Shown here piece after piece: positions 1-9,505 of a DNA stretch of 41,052 nt. The notes under the pieces were generated by a model. That model was not told the DNA's origin. It saw nothing but the letters and a program-made list of their open reading frames with translations, and did not search any database. The DNA comes from an uncultured Gammaproteobacteria bacterium (GTDB lineage Bacteria > Patescibacteriota > Microgenomatia > UBA12405). The stretch lies in assembly GCA_964637525.1 (NCBI GenBank), contig CAZWUG010000002.1, forward strand, positions 1 through 41,052. Direction: 5' to 3'. Within the stretch, counting starts at the first letter, position 1. Each line of letters begins with the position of its first letter. The position numbers and the translations under genes are program-made.

Positions 1-1121
1 ACATCGTTATCGACGCCAGGCTTTATGGGCCCAAACACACCGGTATTGGCCGTTACACTAAAAACCTTTTATTGGCTTTAACCAAACTTCCTGATTTTGG
101 AAAATATAATTTTACTTTAATTATTTACCCGGAGTTAAAACCAGAAATCGAAAAAGATTTGGGGGATAATTTTAAAATTATCACTACCAATATCCGCCAC
201 TATTCCGTCAAAGAACAATTATTTTTACCCTTTCTACTTTATAAACTAAAACCCGACCTAGTCCACTTTACTCACTTTAACAAGCCCGTTTTTTATTTCG
301 GCAAATCACTGGTTACTATTCACGATCTTATAAAACATTTTTTCAAAGGCCGTCTCAGTACCACCAAAAACACTTCTATTTATTGGATTAAACATTTTTT
401 TTATATTCTTCTCACTAATATTGTTATAAAAACCAATACCATTATTGTCCCCAGTAATTACTGGCGTGATTACATCATAAAAAAATTCAAAATTTCCCCC
501 AAAAAAATTACTACCACCTACGAAGCGGTCGACCCCATCTTTTTAGAAAAAACTAGCCAAAAAAATGGAAATCAAAAACTGAAAACCGGAAATTATATTA
601 TCTATACCGGCAATTTATATCCCCATAAAAACATCGAAATTATAATTGAAGCTCTCAAAAAAATCCCCCATATAAGTCTAAAAATTATTTGTTCTAGAAA
701 TTATTTTACTCAAAGAATAGAGCAGATTCTCAAAAAATATAAAATGTCCCATCAAGTTGATTTCTTGGGTTATTTACCCGATTCTGATTTAAAACAACTC
801 TATCGCCAAGCATTGGCTTTAGTCCATCCATCGCTTATGGAAGGATTTAGCCTAACCGGGCTGGAAGCTATGGCCTTAGATTGTCCCGTAATTTCCTCCA
901 ACAGTACTTGCCTCCCGGAAATTTATCAAAATTCGGTTCTTTATTTCAACCCCAAAAAATCCGACGAGTTAGTTTCTCAAATTAAAGCCCTTCAAAATAA
1001 TCCCAAACTAAGGACTAAACTTATCAATCTCGGCCATCAACAAGTTGCTAAATATTCCTGGCATAAAACCGCCCAACAAACCCTTTCTGTCTATAAAAAT
1101 TTATTAGAAATTAGAAATTAG
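1..1121 (+). CDS. Glycosyltransferase, GT4/group-1 family (5'-partial, runs off window start)
   Basis: The same frame is open from nt 3 (IVIDARLYGPKHTGIGRYTKNLL..., a typical GT4 N-terminus), so the TTG at 72 in the ORF track is not the true start. The C-terminal half carries the GT4 EGFSLTGLEAMA..CPVI region. Stop TAG 1119-1121. Confidence 0.85.
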   Translation, partial: IVIDARLYGPKHTGIGRYTKNLLLALTKLPDFGKYNFTLIIYPELKPEIEKDLGDNFKIITTNIRHYSVKEQLFLPFLLYKLKPDLVHFTHFNKPVFYFGKSLVTIHDLIKHFFKGRLSTTKNTSIYWIKHFFYILLTNIVIKTNTIIVPSNYWRDYIIKKFKISPKKITTTYEAVDPIFLEKTSQKNGNQKLKTGNYIIYTGNLYPHKNIEIIIEALKKIPHISLKIICSRNYFTQRIEQILKKYKMSHQVDFLGYLPDSDLKQLYRQALALVHPSLMEGFSLTGLEAMALDCPVISSNSTCLPEIYQNSVLYFNPKKSDELVSQIKALQNNPKLRTKLINLGHQQVAKYSWHKTAQQTLSVYKNLLEIRN

Positions 1122-1124
1122 AAA

Positions 1125-2225
1125 TTGGATATTAATAACTTACGCATTGCTATCTTCTACGATTGGCTTAATCAATGGGGAGGAGCCGAAAAAGTTTTAT
1201 CGGATATTCTTAAAGTCTTTCCTGAAGCTTCAGTTTATACCCTACTTTACCATCCCCAAAAAACCAACTGGCTACCCAAAAACACCGTTGTTTATCCATC
1301 AAAACTAAATCGCTTTTCTTTAACCAAAAAAAACAACCTTCTCCATACTCCATTTTATGCTGTATCTTTAGAACAATTCGATTTTTCCCAATATGATATT
1401 GTTATTTCCACCACCTCAATAATTGGACATTGTTTATTAACCCCACCCAAAACACTTTTCATCTGTTATTTTCATAATACCAATCGTTACTTATACCAAA
1501 CACCGCCTCAGTTCAAATTAATTCAGCCTTTACTCAAAAAGTACCAAAGAACCGATTTTATTTACGGACAAAGACCGGATTTTTTACTTTGCAATTCCAA
1601 AACCGTCCAAGAAAGAATCAAAAAAAATTATCACCGTCACGCCGATATTATCTACCCGGGAGTCGATACTTCTTTTTTTATTCCCAAATCAAATGAATCA
1701 ATTGAACCATATTTTTTAACCGTCTCTCGGCTAGTCAACCACAAAAGAGTTGACTTAGCCATTCAAGCTTGCCAAGAACTAAATCAAAAATTAATTATTG
1801 TTGGTGAAGGCCGAGACTACCACCGTTTTTTAAAACTTAGAACCAACAAATCAAAAATAGTTTTTATGGGAAAAGTCTCAAATAAAAAACTTTTATCCCT
1901 ATACCAAAACTGTCAAGCTCTCATCTGTCCCCAAATTGAAGACTTTGGTCTCACCTCATTAGAGGCTCAAGCCTGCGGTAAACCCGTCATTGCTTTTAAT
2001 CAAGGTGGTCTTACTGAAACGATTATCGAAAATAAAACCGGGATCTTTTTTCCCCGCCAAACAGTCAAATCACTGGTCAATGCCATCGCCCGATTTGATC
2101 CCCAAAAATTTGATTCAACCGACTGTGTCAGCAATGCTAAGAGATTTTCTCAAACTAACTTTATGTTAAACTTTAAACAAATTGTTACTCAACTATGGCA
2201 ACAACACCAAAACACTTTATCGTAA
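1125..2225 (+). CDS. Glycosyltransferase, GT4/group-1 family
   Basis: N-terminus RIAIFYDWLNQWGGAEKVL and the C-terminal EDFGLTSLEAQACGKPVIA (E-x7-E region) are GT4-like. No ATG is available near the conserved N-terminus, so TTG 1125 is the only plausible start. It lies in the same frame as the upstream GT, separated by TAG plus one codon. Confidence 0.8.
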   Translation: MDINNLRIAIFYDWLNQWGGAEKVLSDILKVFPEASVYTLLYHPQKTNWLPKNTVVYPSKLNRFSLTKKNNLLHTPFYAVSLEQFDFSQYDIVISTTSIIGHCLLTPPKTLFICYFHNTNRYLYQTPPQFKLIQPLLKKYQRTDFIYGQRPDFLLCNSKTVQERIKKNYHRHADIIYPGVDTSFFIPKSNESIEPYFLTVSRLVNHKRVDLAIQACQELNQKLIIVGEGRDYHRFLKLRTNKSKIVFMGKVSNKKLLSLYQNCQALICPQIEDFGLTSLEAQACGKPVIAFNQGGLTETIIENKTGIFFPRQTVKSLVNAIARFDPQKFDSTDCVSNAKRFSQTNFMLNFKQIVTQLWQQHQNTLS

Positions 2226-3292
2226 TTTTATGCGGCGGTACCGGACCTAGACTTTGGCCTCTTTCCCGAGCTTATCAGCCAAAACAATTTCTAAAACTTT
2301 TTGGAAAAAAAAGTCTACTCGAACAAACTATTGTTAGAGCTCAAAAAACAGTTCCTTCAAAAAGAATATTTATTGTCTCTAATTATCGTTACCAATCTAT
2401 TTTAGAAAAATATCTTTCCAAAAAAATTCCCAAAGAAAACATTCTTTTTGAACCGGCAAAAAAGAATACCGCCATGGCAATTCTTTTAGCTACTAGCCTA
2501 ATTTACAAAAATAATCCGGAAGCCACCATCACCACCATGCCATCCGACCACTATATCAAACAAAAAAATCGTTTCGTTCAATCAATTTCTCAGGCTGTTA
2601 ATATGGCCCGTAAGTTTAAACAAATAATCACTATTGGCATTAAACCAACCTTCCCCAATCCTTCATTCGGCTATATTTTACCCCAAAAGAAAAACCAAAA
2701 AATATCTCAGGTCAATTTGTTTATTGAAAAGCCAGACATTCAAACAGCCCAAAGTCTTATTAAAAAAGGAGCCCTATGGAACTCGGGAATTTATACCTTC
2801 ATGGCGAAAACCTTAATCAATGAATTTCAAAAGCTTCAGCCGGATTTTAATCCAATTATTGACAAACTCTTATCCACCAATGATTTATCAAATGTAATCA
2901 ATAATATTTATAAATCAGCTCCGGATATTGCTATTGATAAGGCTATTTCTGAAAAGAGTCACAACATGTCCGTTATCCCTATCAAATCTGATTGGAGTGA
3001 TGTTGGCGAATGGAAATCAATTTATCAACAGTTAGATAAAGACAAATCCGGCATATCAAAACTCACCTCAGAAACACAATTCCTTCAAATAAATTCAAAA
3101 AATTGTTTAGTCTCTGCCTCAAAAAATAAATTAATCGGGTTAGTTGATGTTAATAATCTGGCTATTATTGACACCCCCGATGGTCTTTTAATTTGCAATA
3201 TCGCCCACGACGGCAGTTCCAGAGTTCGGGAAATTGTCAGTCAAATAGTTAAAAATAAAAACTATCATCAATTTTTTCTAAAAAAACCATGA
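2195..3292 (+). CDS. Mannose-1-phosphate guanylyltransferase-like sugar nucleotidyltransferase
   Basis: N-terminal ILCGGTGPRLWPLSR nucleotide-binding loop, FEPAKKNTA and MPSDHYI motifs typical of ManC/CpsB-type NDP-sugar pyrophosphorylases. Overlaps the upstream GT by 31 nt. Confidence 0.8.
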   Translation: MATTPKHFIVILCGGTGPRLWPLSRAYQPKQFLKLFGKKSLLEQTIVRAQKTVPSKRIFIVSNYRYQSILEKYLSKKIPKENILFEPAKKNTAMAILLATSLIYKNNPEATITTMPSDHYIKQKNRFVQSISQAVNMARKFKQIITIGIKPTFPNPSFGYILPQKKNQKISQVNLFIEKPDIQTAQSLIKKGALWNSGIYTFMAKTLINEFQKLQPDFNPIIDKLLSTNDLSNVINNIYKSAPDIAIDKAISEKSHNMSVIPIKSDWSDVGEWKSIYQQLDKDKSGISKLTSETQFLQINSKNCLVSASKNKLIGLVDVNNLAIIDTPDGLLICNIAHDGSSRVREIVSQIVKNKNYHQFFLKKP

Positions 3293-3930
3293 AAATCAAA
3301 CTTTCCTTCAGAATCTTCAAAAGAATCTTAGACATTCTAAGTTCCGTGTTCTTGCTTGTTTTATTTTCACCTTTACTTTTAGTCACTATTATCATCATCA
3401 AGATAACCTCACCCGGCCCGGTTTTCTTTAAACAAAAAAGAGTCACCCGAAATAACAAAGAATTTTGGATGTACAAATTTCGTTCCATGTATACTGGAGA
3501 TAATGACAAAAGATTACGGGAAAATTATCCTGAACTTTGGAAAAAATACAAAGATGCCGGCTGGAAATTACCCATGTCTGAAGATCCCAGGATTACTCCT
3601 ATCGGCAAAATTATTCGAGCCACATCTGTTGATGAATTTCCCCAACTGATTAATGTCCTCAAAGGAGATATGAGTTTAATCGGACCACGCGCCTACCGGG
3701 AAGAAGAACTCCAAGAATATGAAAAAAAGTATCCATTAACCAGAAAATATATCAAAGATATCAGATCGGTTAAACCCGGAATTACCGGCCTTTGGCAAAC
3801 TTCAGGTCGAAACGAATTAAATTTTGAACAAAGAGCCAAATTAGACTCGCAATACATCCGTCATCAATCTGCATTGACTGAACTAATCATCCTTCTCAAA
3901 ACACCCATGTCTATGATCTCTCGCTGGTAA
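3289..3930 (+). CDS. Polyprenyl-phosphate sugar phosphotransferase (bacterial sugar transferase, WbaP/WcaJ C-terminal-domain type)
   Basis: KRILDILSSVFLLVLFSPLLLV membrane helix, PGPVFFKQKRV, YKFRSM and DEFPQLINVLKGDMSLIGPRA are the family signature. ATGA overlap with the upstream gene (3289-3292). Confidence 0.85.
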   Translation: MKIKLSFRIFKRILDILSSVFLLVLFSPLLLVTIIIIKITSPGPVFFKQKRVTRNNKEFWMYKFRSMYTGDNDKRLRENYPELWKKYKDAGWKLPMSEDPRITPIGKIIRATSVDEFPQLINVLKGDMSLIGPRAYREEELQEYEKKYPLTRKYIKDIRSVKPGITGLWQTSGRNELNFEQRAKLDSQYIRHQSALTELIILLKTPMSMISRW

Positions 3931-3959
3931 AACCGTGAATTATTATATAAACTAATCAC

Positions 3960-5888
3960 ATGGATCTAATCACCAAAGCCGCCAATATTACTCCTGGTAA
4001 AAAAATAAAAAAATCTAACAAAAAACTCCTCAAGGTAGTCTTAATTGTTCTGGGGATTATTTTAATTGTTTTTGGTGGTCTGTTTTTACTCACCTATTTT
4101 CCCGCCAAACAACTTCTAACCCAAATTGACTCTATCAAATCAGAAGCCCAAAAATTACAGCAAACCATTACCGATAAAGACATCGACCAAGCCAAAATAT
4201 CTCTTGAAAATCTTAAACAAAAAATAGAAACAGCTAATCAAACATATTCAAAACTAAAATTAGTCGGCAGCCTCCCTTATATCAACCAATTTTACAAAGA
4301 CGGCCAACAAACCCTAAAAATTGCCAAAACTGGTCTTGAAACCGGAGAAATTGTTATTACCGCCATAGAACCATATAAAGATTTTTTGGGCATCAAAGGC
4401 GGATCTGTTAGTAGCGCTGATACTACTGAAGATAGGATAGAGTTTTTAACCCAATCTATTGAAGGCCTAACCCCATATTTAGACACGATTGAATTTAAAA
4501 TAGAAGAAATTCAAACATCTATCAATCAGATTAATGCCGCTAAATATCCGGAAGAAATTAAAGGCATCCAAATAAAACCAAATATTATCAAAGCTCAGGA
4601 ATTAATCGATCAAACATATAAATTAGTTAAAGACGGTAAACCTTTGCTCAGTAAAGTTTCTTGGCTTTTAGGTAAAGACGCTCCTCGAAAATATTTAATG
4701 ATTTTTCAAAACGATGGAGAATTACGTCCCAGTGGGGGATTTTGGACTGCCTACACTACCTTAACTATCAAAGACGGTAAAGTCACTCCAGGTACCGCCA
4801 GCAACATTTACGATCTTGACGATAAAATTAACAGCAAAGTTGTTGCCCCAAGATTAATCAAAAGTTACCACATCAATGTTCCGTATCTTTACCTTCGCGA
4901 CAGCAACCTTTCTCCTGATTTTCCCACAGATGCCCAAATATTTTTAGAACAATATATCAAAGCCACTAAAACTAAAGATAAATTTGATGCCATTGTGGCT
5001 ATCGACACTCAAATTTTAGTCGACATGGTTGGAGTCTTAGGCAAACTCGATACTCGTGTCGGTACATTCACCACCGAACCTGATAAACGCTGTGATGGCT
5101 GTCCTCAAATAATTTATGAAATGCAATGGATGTCCGGCCGGCCTCGTGATTATATTGAATTAAACCGCAAAGATTTTATGAATCCATTAATGTCGGCCTT
5201 ATTGGCCAATGTTATGGGGTCTGAAAAAAATAAAATGGGTTCATTAATGGAAGCCTTCTTTAAAAATATTAATCAAAAGCACGTTATGGTTTATTTTCCT
5301 GACGAACAAATGCAAAATATTGGCAATCAGGCCAATATTACCGGCAAGATTTTTGATGTCGATAAGTCAATTGATTATTTCCACTTAAACGATGCCAACT
5401 TTGCCAGTGCTAAAACTAATATCTTTATTACTCAAAAAATTAAACATGAGATTGATATCAAAAATGGTCTAGCTACACATAAAATTTCGATTACTTACAC
5501 TAATCCGGCATCAGGCTCAAATTGCAATCTTGAAAAAGGCGGCTTATGTCTTAATGCCTCCACCTATCGCGATCTTTTCCGATTCTACACACCTATTGGA
5601 TCAAAATTAATAAAAATGACTGGATCTGAAATTGAAACAGTCCAATATGAAGAACTTAATAAACAAGTATTTGAAGGTTTTTATGGTAATAAATTTGGCT
5701 TAAATCCACAATCAAATTTAAAAACTTCTATCGAATATACTTCCGGAGCCACAATTGGATCAACTTACACTCTAATGCTTCAAAAACAACCCGGAACCAA
5801 ACCGATAGAATATGACTTAACCATTAATGGTCAAAAACAGCCAACCTTCCAATGGGCTGCCGATAAAACCATTAAATTTTCCCTTTAA
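3960..5888 (+). CDS. DUF4012 domain membrane-anchored protein
   Basis: N-terminal TM helix (LLKVVLIVLGIILIVFGGLFLL), then the characteristic MIFQNDGELRPSGGFWTAYTTL block of DUF4012 proteins. These are commonly next to glycan clusters in Actinobacteria and CPR. Confidence 0.75.
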   Translation: MDLITKAANITPGKKIKKSNKKLLKVVLIVLGIILIVFGGLFLLTYFPAKQLLTQIDSIKSEAQKLQQTITDKDIDQAKISLENLKQKIETANQTYSKLKLVGSLPYINQFYKDGQQTLKIAKTGLETGEIVITAIEPYKDFLGIKGGSVSSADTTEDRIEFLTQSIEGLTPYLDTIEFKIEEIQTSINQINAAKYPEEIKGIQIKPNIIKAQELIDQTYKLVKDGKPLLSKVSWLLGKDAPRKYLMIFQNDGELRPSGGFWTAYTTLTIKDGKVTPGTASNIYDLDDKINSKVVAPRLIKSYHINVPYLYLRDSNLSPDFPTDAQIFLEQYIKATKTKDKFDAIVAIDTQILVDMVGVLGKLDTRVGTFTTEPDKRCDGCPQIIYEMQWMSGRPRDYIELNRKDFMNPLMSALLANVMGSEKNKMGSLMEAFFKNINQKHVMVYFPDEQMQNIGNQANITGKIFDVDKSIDYFHLNDANFASAKTNIFITQKIKHEIDIKNGLATHKISITYTNPASGSNCNLEKGGLCLNASTYRDLFRFYTPIGSKLIKMTGSEIETVQYEELNKQVFEGFYGNKFGLNPQSNLKTSIEYTSGATIGSTYTLMLQKQPGTKPIEYDLTINGQKQPTFQWAADKTIKFSL

Positions 5889-6448
5889 TGGACAGATACC
5901 TTTCAACCCTAGGTATAGTCATCAACAAAAAAACTTCCAAAGAAGCGGATCTGGTAATAACACTCTTAACCCCAAAATTAGGTAAAATCGTTGCCTTAGC
6001 TAAAGGCGCTAAAAACATTAAAAGTAGCCGTTTGGGGAACCTCCAACTAGGCAACACTATTAAAGTTCAGCTTTATCAAAAAAATAATTTTAATTGGCTT
6101 TCCGAGTCTCAAAATATTATTCCATTCATGCAAACAGACAAAAATTTAGCTCAATTAAATTTGCTTTTTTATTTTTTAGAAATAGTTAACCAGCTGATTG
6201 CCGAGAACCAACAAATCGAAAAAGTTTTTAATATCTCTCAAAATATTATCAACGCCATCAACAAAAATCTTTTAAACAGTTACATTCAAAACGAAATTAA
6301 TTTTTTGGAAGTTTTAGGTTTTGGTGTGCCAAATGATATAAAAGAAAATTTTATTAAAAAAGATTACAAAGCCAGTCAAAAACTCATCAAACGTTTTTTT
6401 GAATCCATTATCGAAAAACCCCTCGAAAGCAATAAACTATTTAAATAA
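5888..6448 (+). CDS. recO: DNA repair protein RecO (short form)
   Basis: N-terminal OB-fold pattern LGIVINKKTSKEADLVITLLTPKLGKIVALAKGAKNIKSSRLGNLQ matches RecO. At 186 aa it is shorter than typical RecO. TAATG overlap with the upstream gene. Confidence 0.7.
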   Translation: MDRYLSTLGIVINKKTSKEADLVITLLTPKLGKIVALAKGAKNIKSSRLGNLQLGNTIKVQLYQKNNFNWLSESQNIIPFMQTDKNLAQLNLLFYFLEIVNQLIAENQQIEKVFNISQNIINAINKNLLNSYIQNEINFLEVLGFGVPNDIKENFIKKDYKASQKLIKRFFESIIEKPLESNKLFK

Positions 6449-6643
6449 ATCTATCCTTAGTTTTTATTTCTATTTGAGTAATTAAATTTCCGTTTCCAAG
6501 CCTTACAGCTTCACTGATAACAGGCTCATTACTTCCATTTTCACCCAAGTTTACACCATAACCTGTTTATAGCTTCAAAAATTTCTAATATATTCCTGAA
6601 TATAAAACACTACTGTATGCCAACAACGAAAGCTAAATATTTT

Positions 6644-7210
6644 TTAAGGTCTTAACAGTCCAAAATACATACTTGCCACATCTAAATTTTGATTAGTTAA
6701 ATATCCTTGAGGGTCAAAAAAACGAGTTCTAATTTCTGCCACTCTATTAATATCATCTTTTCTTGCATCAGAAAAAAATCTCCGGTATAAAACGCCAAAA
6801 CCCTCATTCGCTTTCCTTCCTCCTGCAGAGTACGCTGTCTCTAAGCCACTTTTTAACGATTCTTCAGCGTCTCTCAGACGTTTTTTGCAAACTTCAACAC
6901 TACCCTCCGAAAGAACTCCGCTATCTATTGCTCCGCTTGTCAATTTTCTAACATATTCTGCATCTATAATTACTGCTACCAGCTCCAACTGACGAGCTTT
7001 GTCTGCATATTCCGATCCAAAGGCATACTTTTCAATAAAAGAATCAATGGCCGGGCAAGACACTCGACCTCGATCTTGTAAGCTCTCCCAATATTTACCA
7101 GCAGGCAAGTCCTTACTTAAACCATCTAATGAAGATAAATATTCCTTGGCCGCTACACCTTTATTTACTTCTAACTCAATCGTCGGTCTTTGTTGCTCTT
7201 GATTAGACAT
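6644..7210 (-). CDS. Hypothetical protein (no recognisable family)
   Basis: Clean 188-aa ORF with an ATG start, and the only minus-strand gene in the first 18.5 kb. It is flanked by unusually long spacers (195 nt and 272 nt). No motif I can assign. Confidence 0.6.
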   Translation of the reverse strand: MSNQEQQRPTIELEVNKGVAAKEYLSSLDGLSKDLPAGKYWESLQDRGRVSCPAIDSFIEKYAFGSEYADKARQLELVAVIIDAEYVRKLTSGAIDSGVLSEGSVEVCKKRLRDAEESLKSGLETAYSAGGRKANEGFGVLYRRFFSDARKDDINRVAEIRTRFFDPQGYLTNQNLDVASMYFGLLRP

Positions 7211-7339
7211 ATTATTATATATATCACAATATATATGAATCTGTCAATTTATTTAATCCAAAATAAACTAGTTTCCGTTATTTTTTTTATTTTCATTTAC
7301 TTAAATATATCCATAGTGGTGTAAAATATACACAATACA

Positions 7340-7482
7340 ACCATGACCAAAGTTGGCACTTTGCGAGTTGATTATTTTTAAAAGTAGGCGGACAACCGGA
7401 ATAAATACTCCGTCAATTAGGGTGGAACCGTCCCGATTTATCGGGGCCCCTAAAAATTATTACTTTAATTTTTAGGTAAATT
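7340..7482 (+). promoter_or_regulatory. T-box leader (tRNA-Gly sensing) of glyQS; 5' boundary uncertain
   Basis: T-box sequence AATTAGGGTGGAACCG at 7415-7430. Canonical antiterminator geometry: GGG 7420-7422, 7-nt bulge TGGAACC 7423-7429, helix GTCCCGA/TCGGGGC 7430-7447 with loop TTTA, closing CCC 7448-7450. Specifier-like GGC followed by A at 7355-7358 in the context GGCACTTTGCGAG (B. subtilis glyQS has GGCACUUCGAGC, from memory). An 11-bp hairpin at 7449-7476 covers AGG 7474-7476, 6 nt before the ATG at 7483. Confidence 0.7.
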
Positions 7483-8802
7483 ATGGCAGAAAATCAAAAT
7501 GATTTAGTCAGCAAAATCATCAGCCTTTGCAAACGCAGAGGAATTATTTTTCAAAATTCTGAAATTTATGGCGGTGTTCAAGGTTTTTATGATTATGGCC
7601 CTATCGGTTCTCAAATGAAATTAAATTGGAAAAATATTTGGTGGCAAGACAATGTCATCAAACGCCGTGATGTTGTCGGTATTGATGGTTCAATTATCAC
7701 TCATCCTACAGTCTGGCAAGCTTCCGGTCATGTCAAAAATTTTGCCGATATTATGGTGGAATGTAAAAAATGTCACAAACGATTTCGCCCTGATTTACTT
7801 AATGATCCATCCATTTGTCCCGAATGTGGCGGAGAATTTACCCAAGGTCGAAAATATAATATTTTATTTGAAACCGAAATTGGAGTTATCGAAGGGGAAA
7901 AACTTCATGCTTATTTGCGGGGAGAAGCCTGTCAAACAATATATCTAGACTTTAAAAATATTGTTGATTCCACTCGTGTCAAAATACCATTTGGTATTGC
8001 TCAAATCGGAAAAGCATTTCGTAATGAGATAACGCCAAAAAACTTCCTTTATCGTACCCGCGAGTTTGAACAATGGGATATCCAATATTTTGTCCATCCA
8101 ACTGAAATGGATAAATGGTTTGAATATTGGAAAGAAAATCGTCTTAATTGGTACAAATCACTTTTCAATAATGCCGAAAACCTCCGCTTTAGAGAACACG
8201 CTTCAGACGAATTAGCTTTTTATGCCAAAAAAGCTTTTGACATTGAATACCAAGCTCCTTGGGGTTGGGCCGAAATGGAAGGAATCCATTGGCGTTCTGA
8301 TTATGACTTAACCCAACATTCCAAATTCAGCGGTCAAGATCTTTCCTATACTGATCCGGTTACTCACGAAAAATATCTTCCTTGGATTACTGAAAGCTCA
8401 GGAGGAGTTGATCGAAGCTTTTTCTTTATGCTTTTAGACGCTTATCGTGAGGAAACTATTCCTAGCGGAGAAATCAGAACTTATCTAAAAATTAATCCAA
8501 AAATTGCTGCTTACAAAATAGCCGTTATTCCCTTAGCTGCCAACAAACCGGAATTAATCGAAAAAGCTGAAGCTATTTTTCAGAAACTTAACTTAAAATA
8601 TTCTGTCGATTGGGATGATAGCAGCAACATCGGTAAAAAATACCGCCGCCAAGACGAAATCGGTACCCCATGGTGTTTAGTCGTCGATTATCAAACTTTA
8701 GAAGACAATACTGTCTCTATTCGTGACCGCGATACCATGGAACAAATTCGGGTTAATGCTGATGAAATTGACACCTGGCTCGAAAAAAGGTTAAATAGTT
8801 AA
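7483..8802 (+). CDS. glyQS: Glycine--tRNA ligase, homodimeric class II type
   Basis: IFQNSEIYGGVQGFYDYGPIG, GKAFRNEITP and FEQWDIQYF motifs plus a C-terminal anticodon-binding domain (GKKYRRQDEIGTPWCLVVD). About 440 aa. Confidence 0.95.
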   Translation: MAENQNDLVSKIISLCKRRGIIFQNSEIYGGVQGFYDYGPIGSQMKLNWKNIWWQDNVIKRRDVVGIDGSIITHPTVWQASGHVKNFADIMVECKKCHKRFRPDLLNDPSICPECGGEFTQGRKYNILFETEIGVIEGEKLHAYLRGEACQTIYLDFKNIVDSTRVKIPFGIAQIGKAFRNEITPKNFLYRTREFEQWDIQYFVHPTEMDKWFEYWKENRLNWYKSLFNNAENLRFREHASDELAFYAKKAFDIEYQAPWGWAEMEGIHWRSDYDLTQHSKFSGQDLSYTDPVTHEKYLPWITESSGGVDRSFFFMLLDAYREETIPSGEIRTYLKINPKIAAYKIAVIPLAANKPELIEKAEAIFQKLNLKYSVDWDDSSNIGKKYRRQDEIGTPWCLVVDYQTLEDNTVSIRDRDTMEQIRVNADEIDTWLEKRLNS

Positions 8803-8803
8803 T

Positions 8804-9505
8804 ATGAATAAAACTAAATTCCTCTCATTAGCCCTGGTAATTTTGGCTTCATCATTTTTTCTTTCCGGCTGTGGCAAAAAAACCACTACCAAACCTACCA
8901 CTAACACCACCCAAAAACCTACTGCCCAATTAGTTCTCTCCGAATCAGAAAAACCCATAATTTCTTTAATTCCTCGAGCTGATGGTCATGAACTAAAACT
9001 AAAATTAGACAATATCCCTTCAAATATCAATCAAATTGATTATGAATTAATTTACTCCGCCAGCGATAATGGTTTAGTTATGGAAAAAGGTGTTGGTGAC
9101 ACTCTCAAAATCACTTCTAAAACACTTGAAAAGGATTTGCTTTTGGGTACTGCCAGCTGCACCAATGGTTGTAAGTACAAATATGATGAAGGTGTTAATA
9201 GCGGCACATTATCCTTAACTCTTTATACCTCAGAAAACCAAAGCGCTACTTTTGAAACTCCTTTTGTGTTATTAACCTCTGCTGATATCAAAAAAGATGG
9301 TGGTTTTAAACTTACTACCGAAGATTTTTCAGTCAAGGCTACCACTACCACCAAAAGCGATTATTTCACCGTCATCAAAAACTACCCTTCATATTATTCT
9401 GTTTTTTCTAGCGGGTCTGGAGCCGGAAAAATTTCCACCATCACTCCTAATACCATTACCAAAACAGACATGGCAAGTCTTGTTGGCAACTACCAAACCA
9501 ATTAA
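8804..9505 (+). CDS. Putative lipoprotein, hypothetical
   Basis: Signal peptide with lipobox FFLSGC, followed by a Thr/Pro/Lys-rich linker. No recognisable domain. Confidence 0.6.
   Translation: MNKTKFLSLALVILASSFFLSGCGKKTTTKPTTNTTQKPTAQLVLSESEKPIISLIPRADGHELKLKLDNIPSNINQIDYELIYSASDNGLVMEKGVGDTLKITSKTLEKDLLLGTASCTNGCKYKYDEGVNSGTLSLTLYTSENQSATFETPFVLLTSADIKKDGGFKLTTEDFSVKATTTTKSDYFTVIKNYPSYYSVFSSGSGAGKISTITPNTITKTDMASLVGNYQTN

Noticed and set aside
1104-1124. Three perfect tandem TTAGAAA heptamers spanning the TAG stop between the two in-frame GT4 genes. Considered as a possible phase-variation tract or read-through fusion.
   Set aside because: Three copies is too short for efficient slipped-strand switching. 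A change of one repeat unit (7 nt) would only alter the last few codons of the upstream gene. No recoding signal accompanies the in-frame TAG. Likely coincidental in AT-rich DNA.
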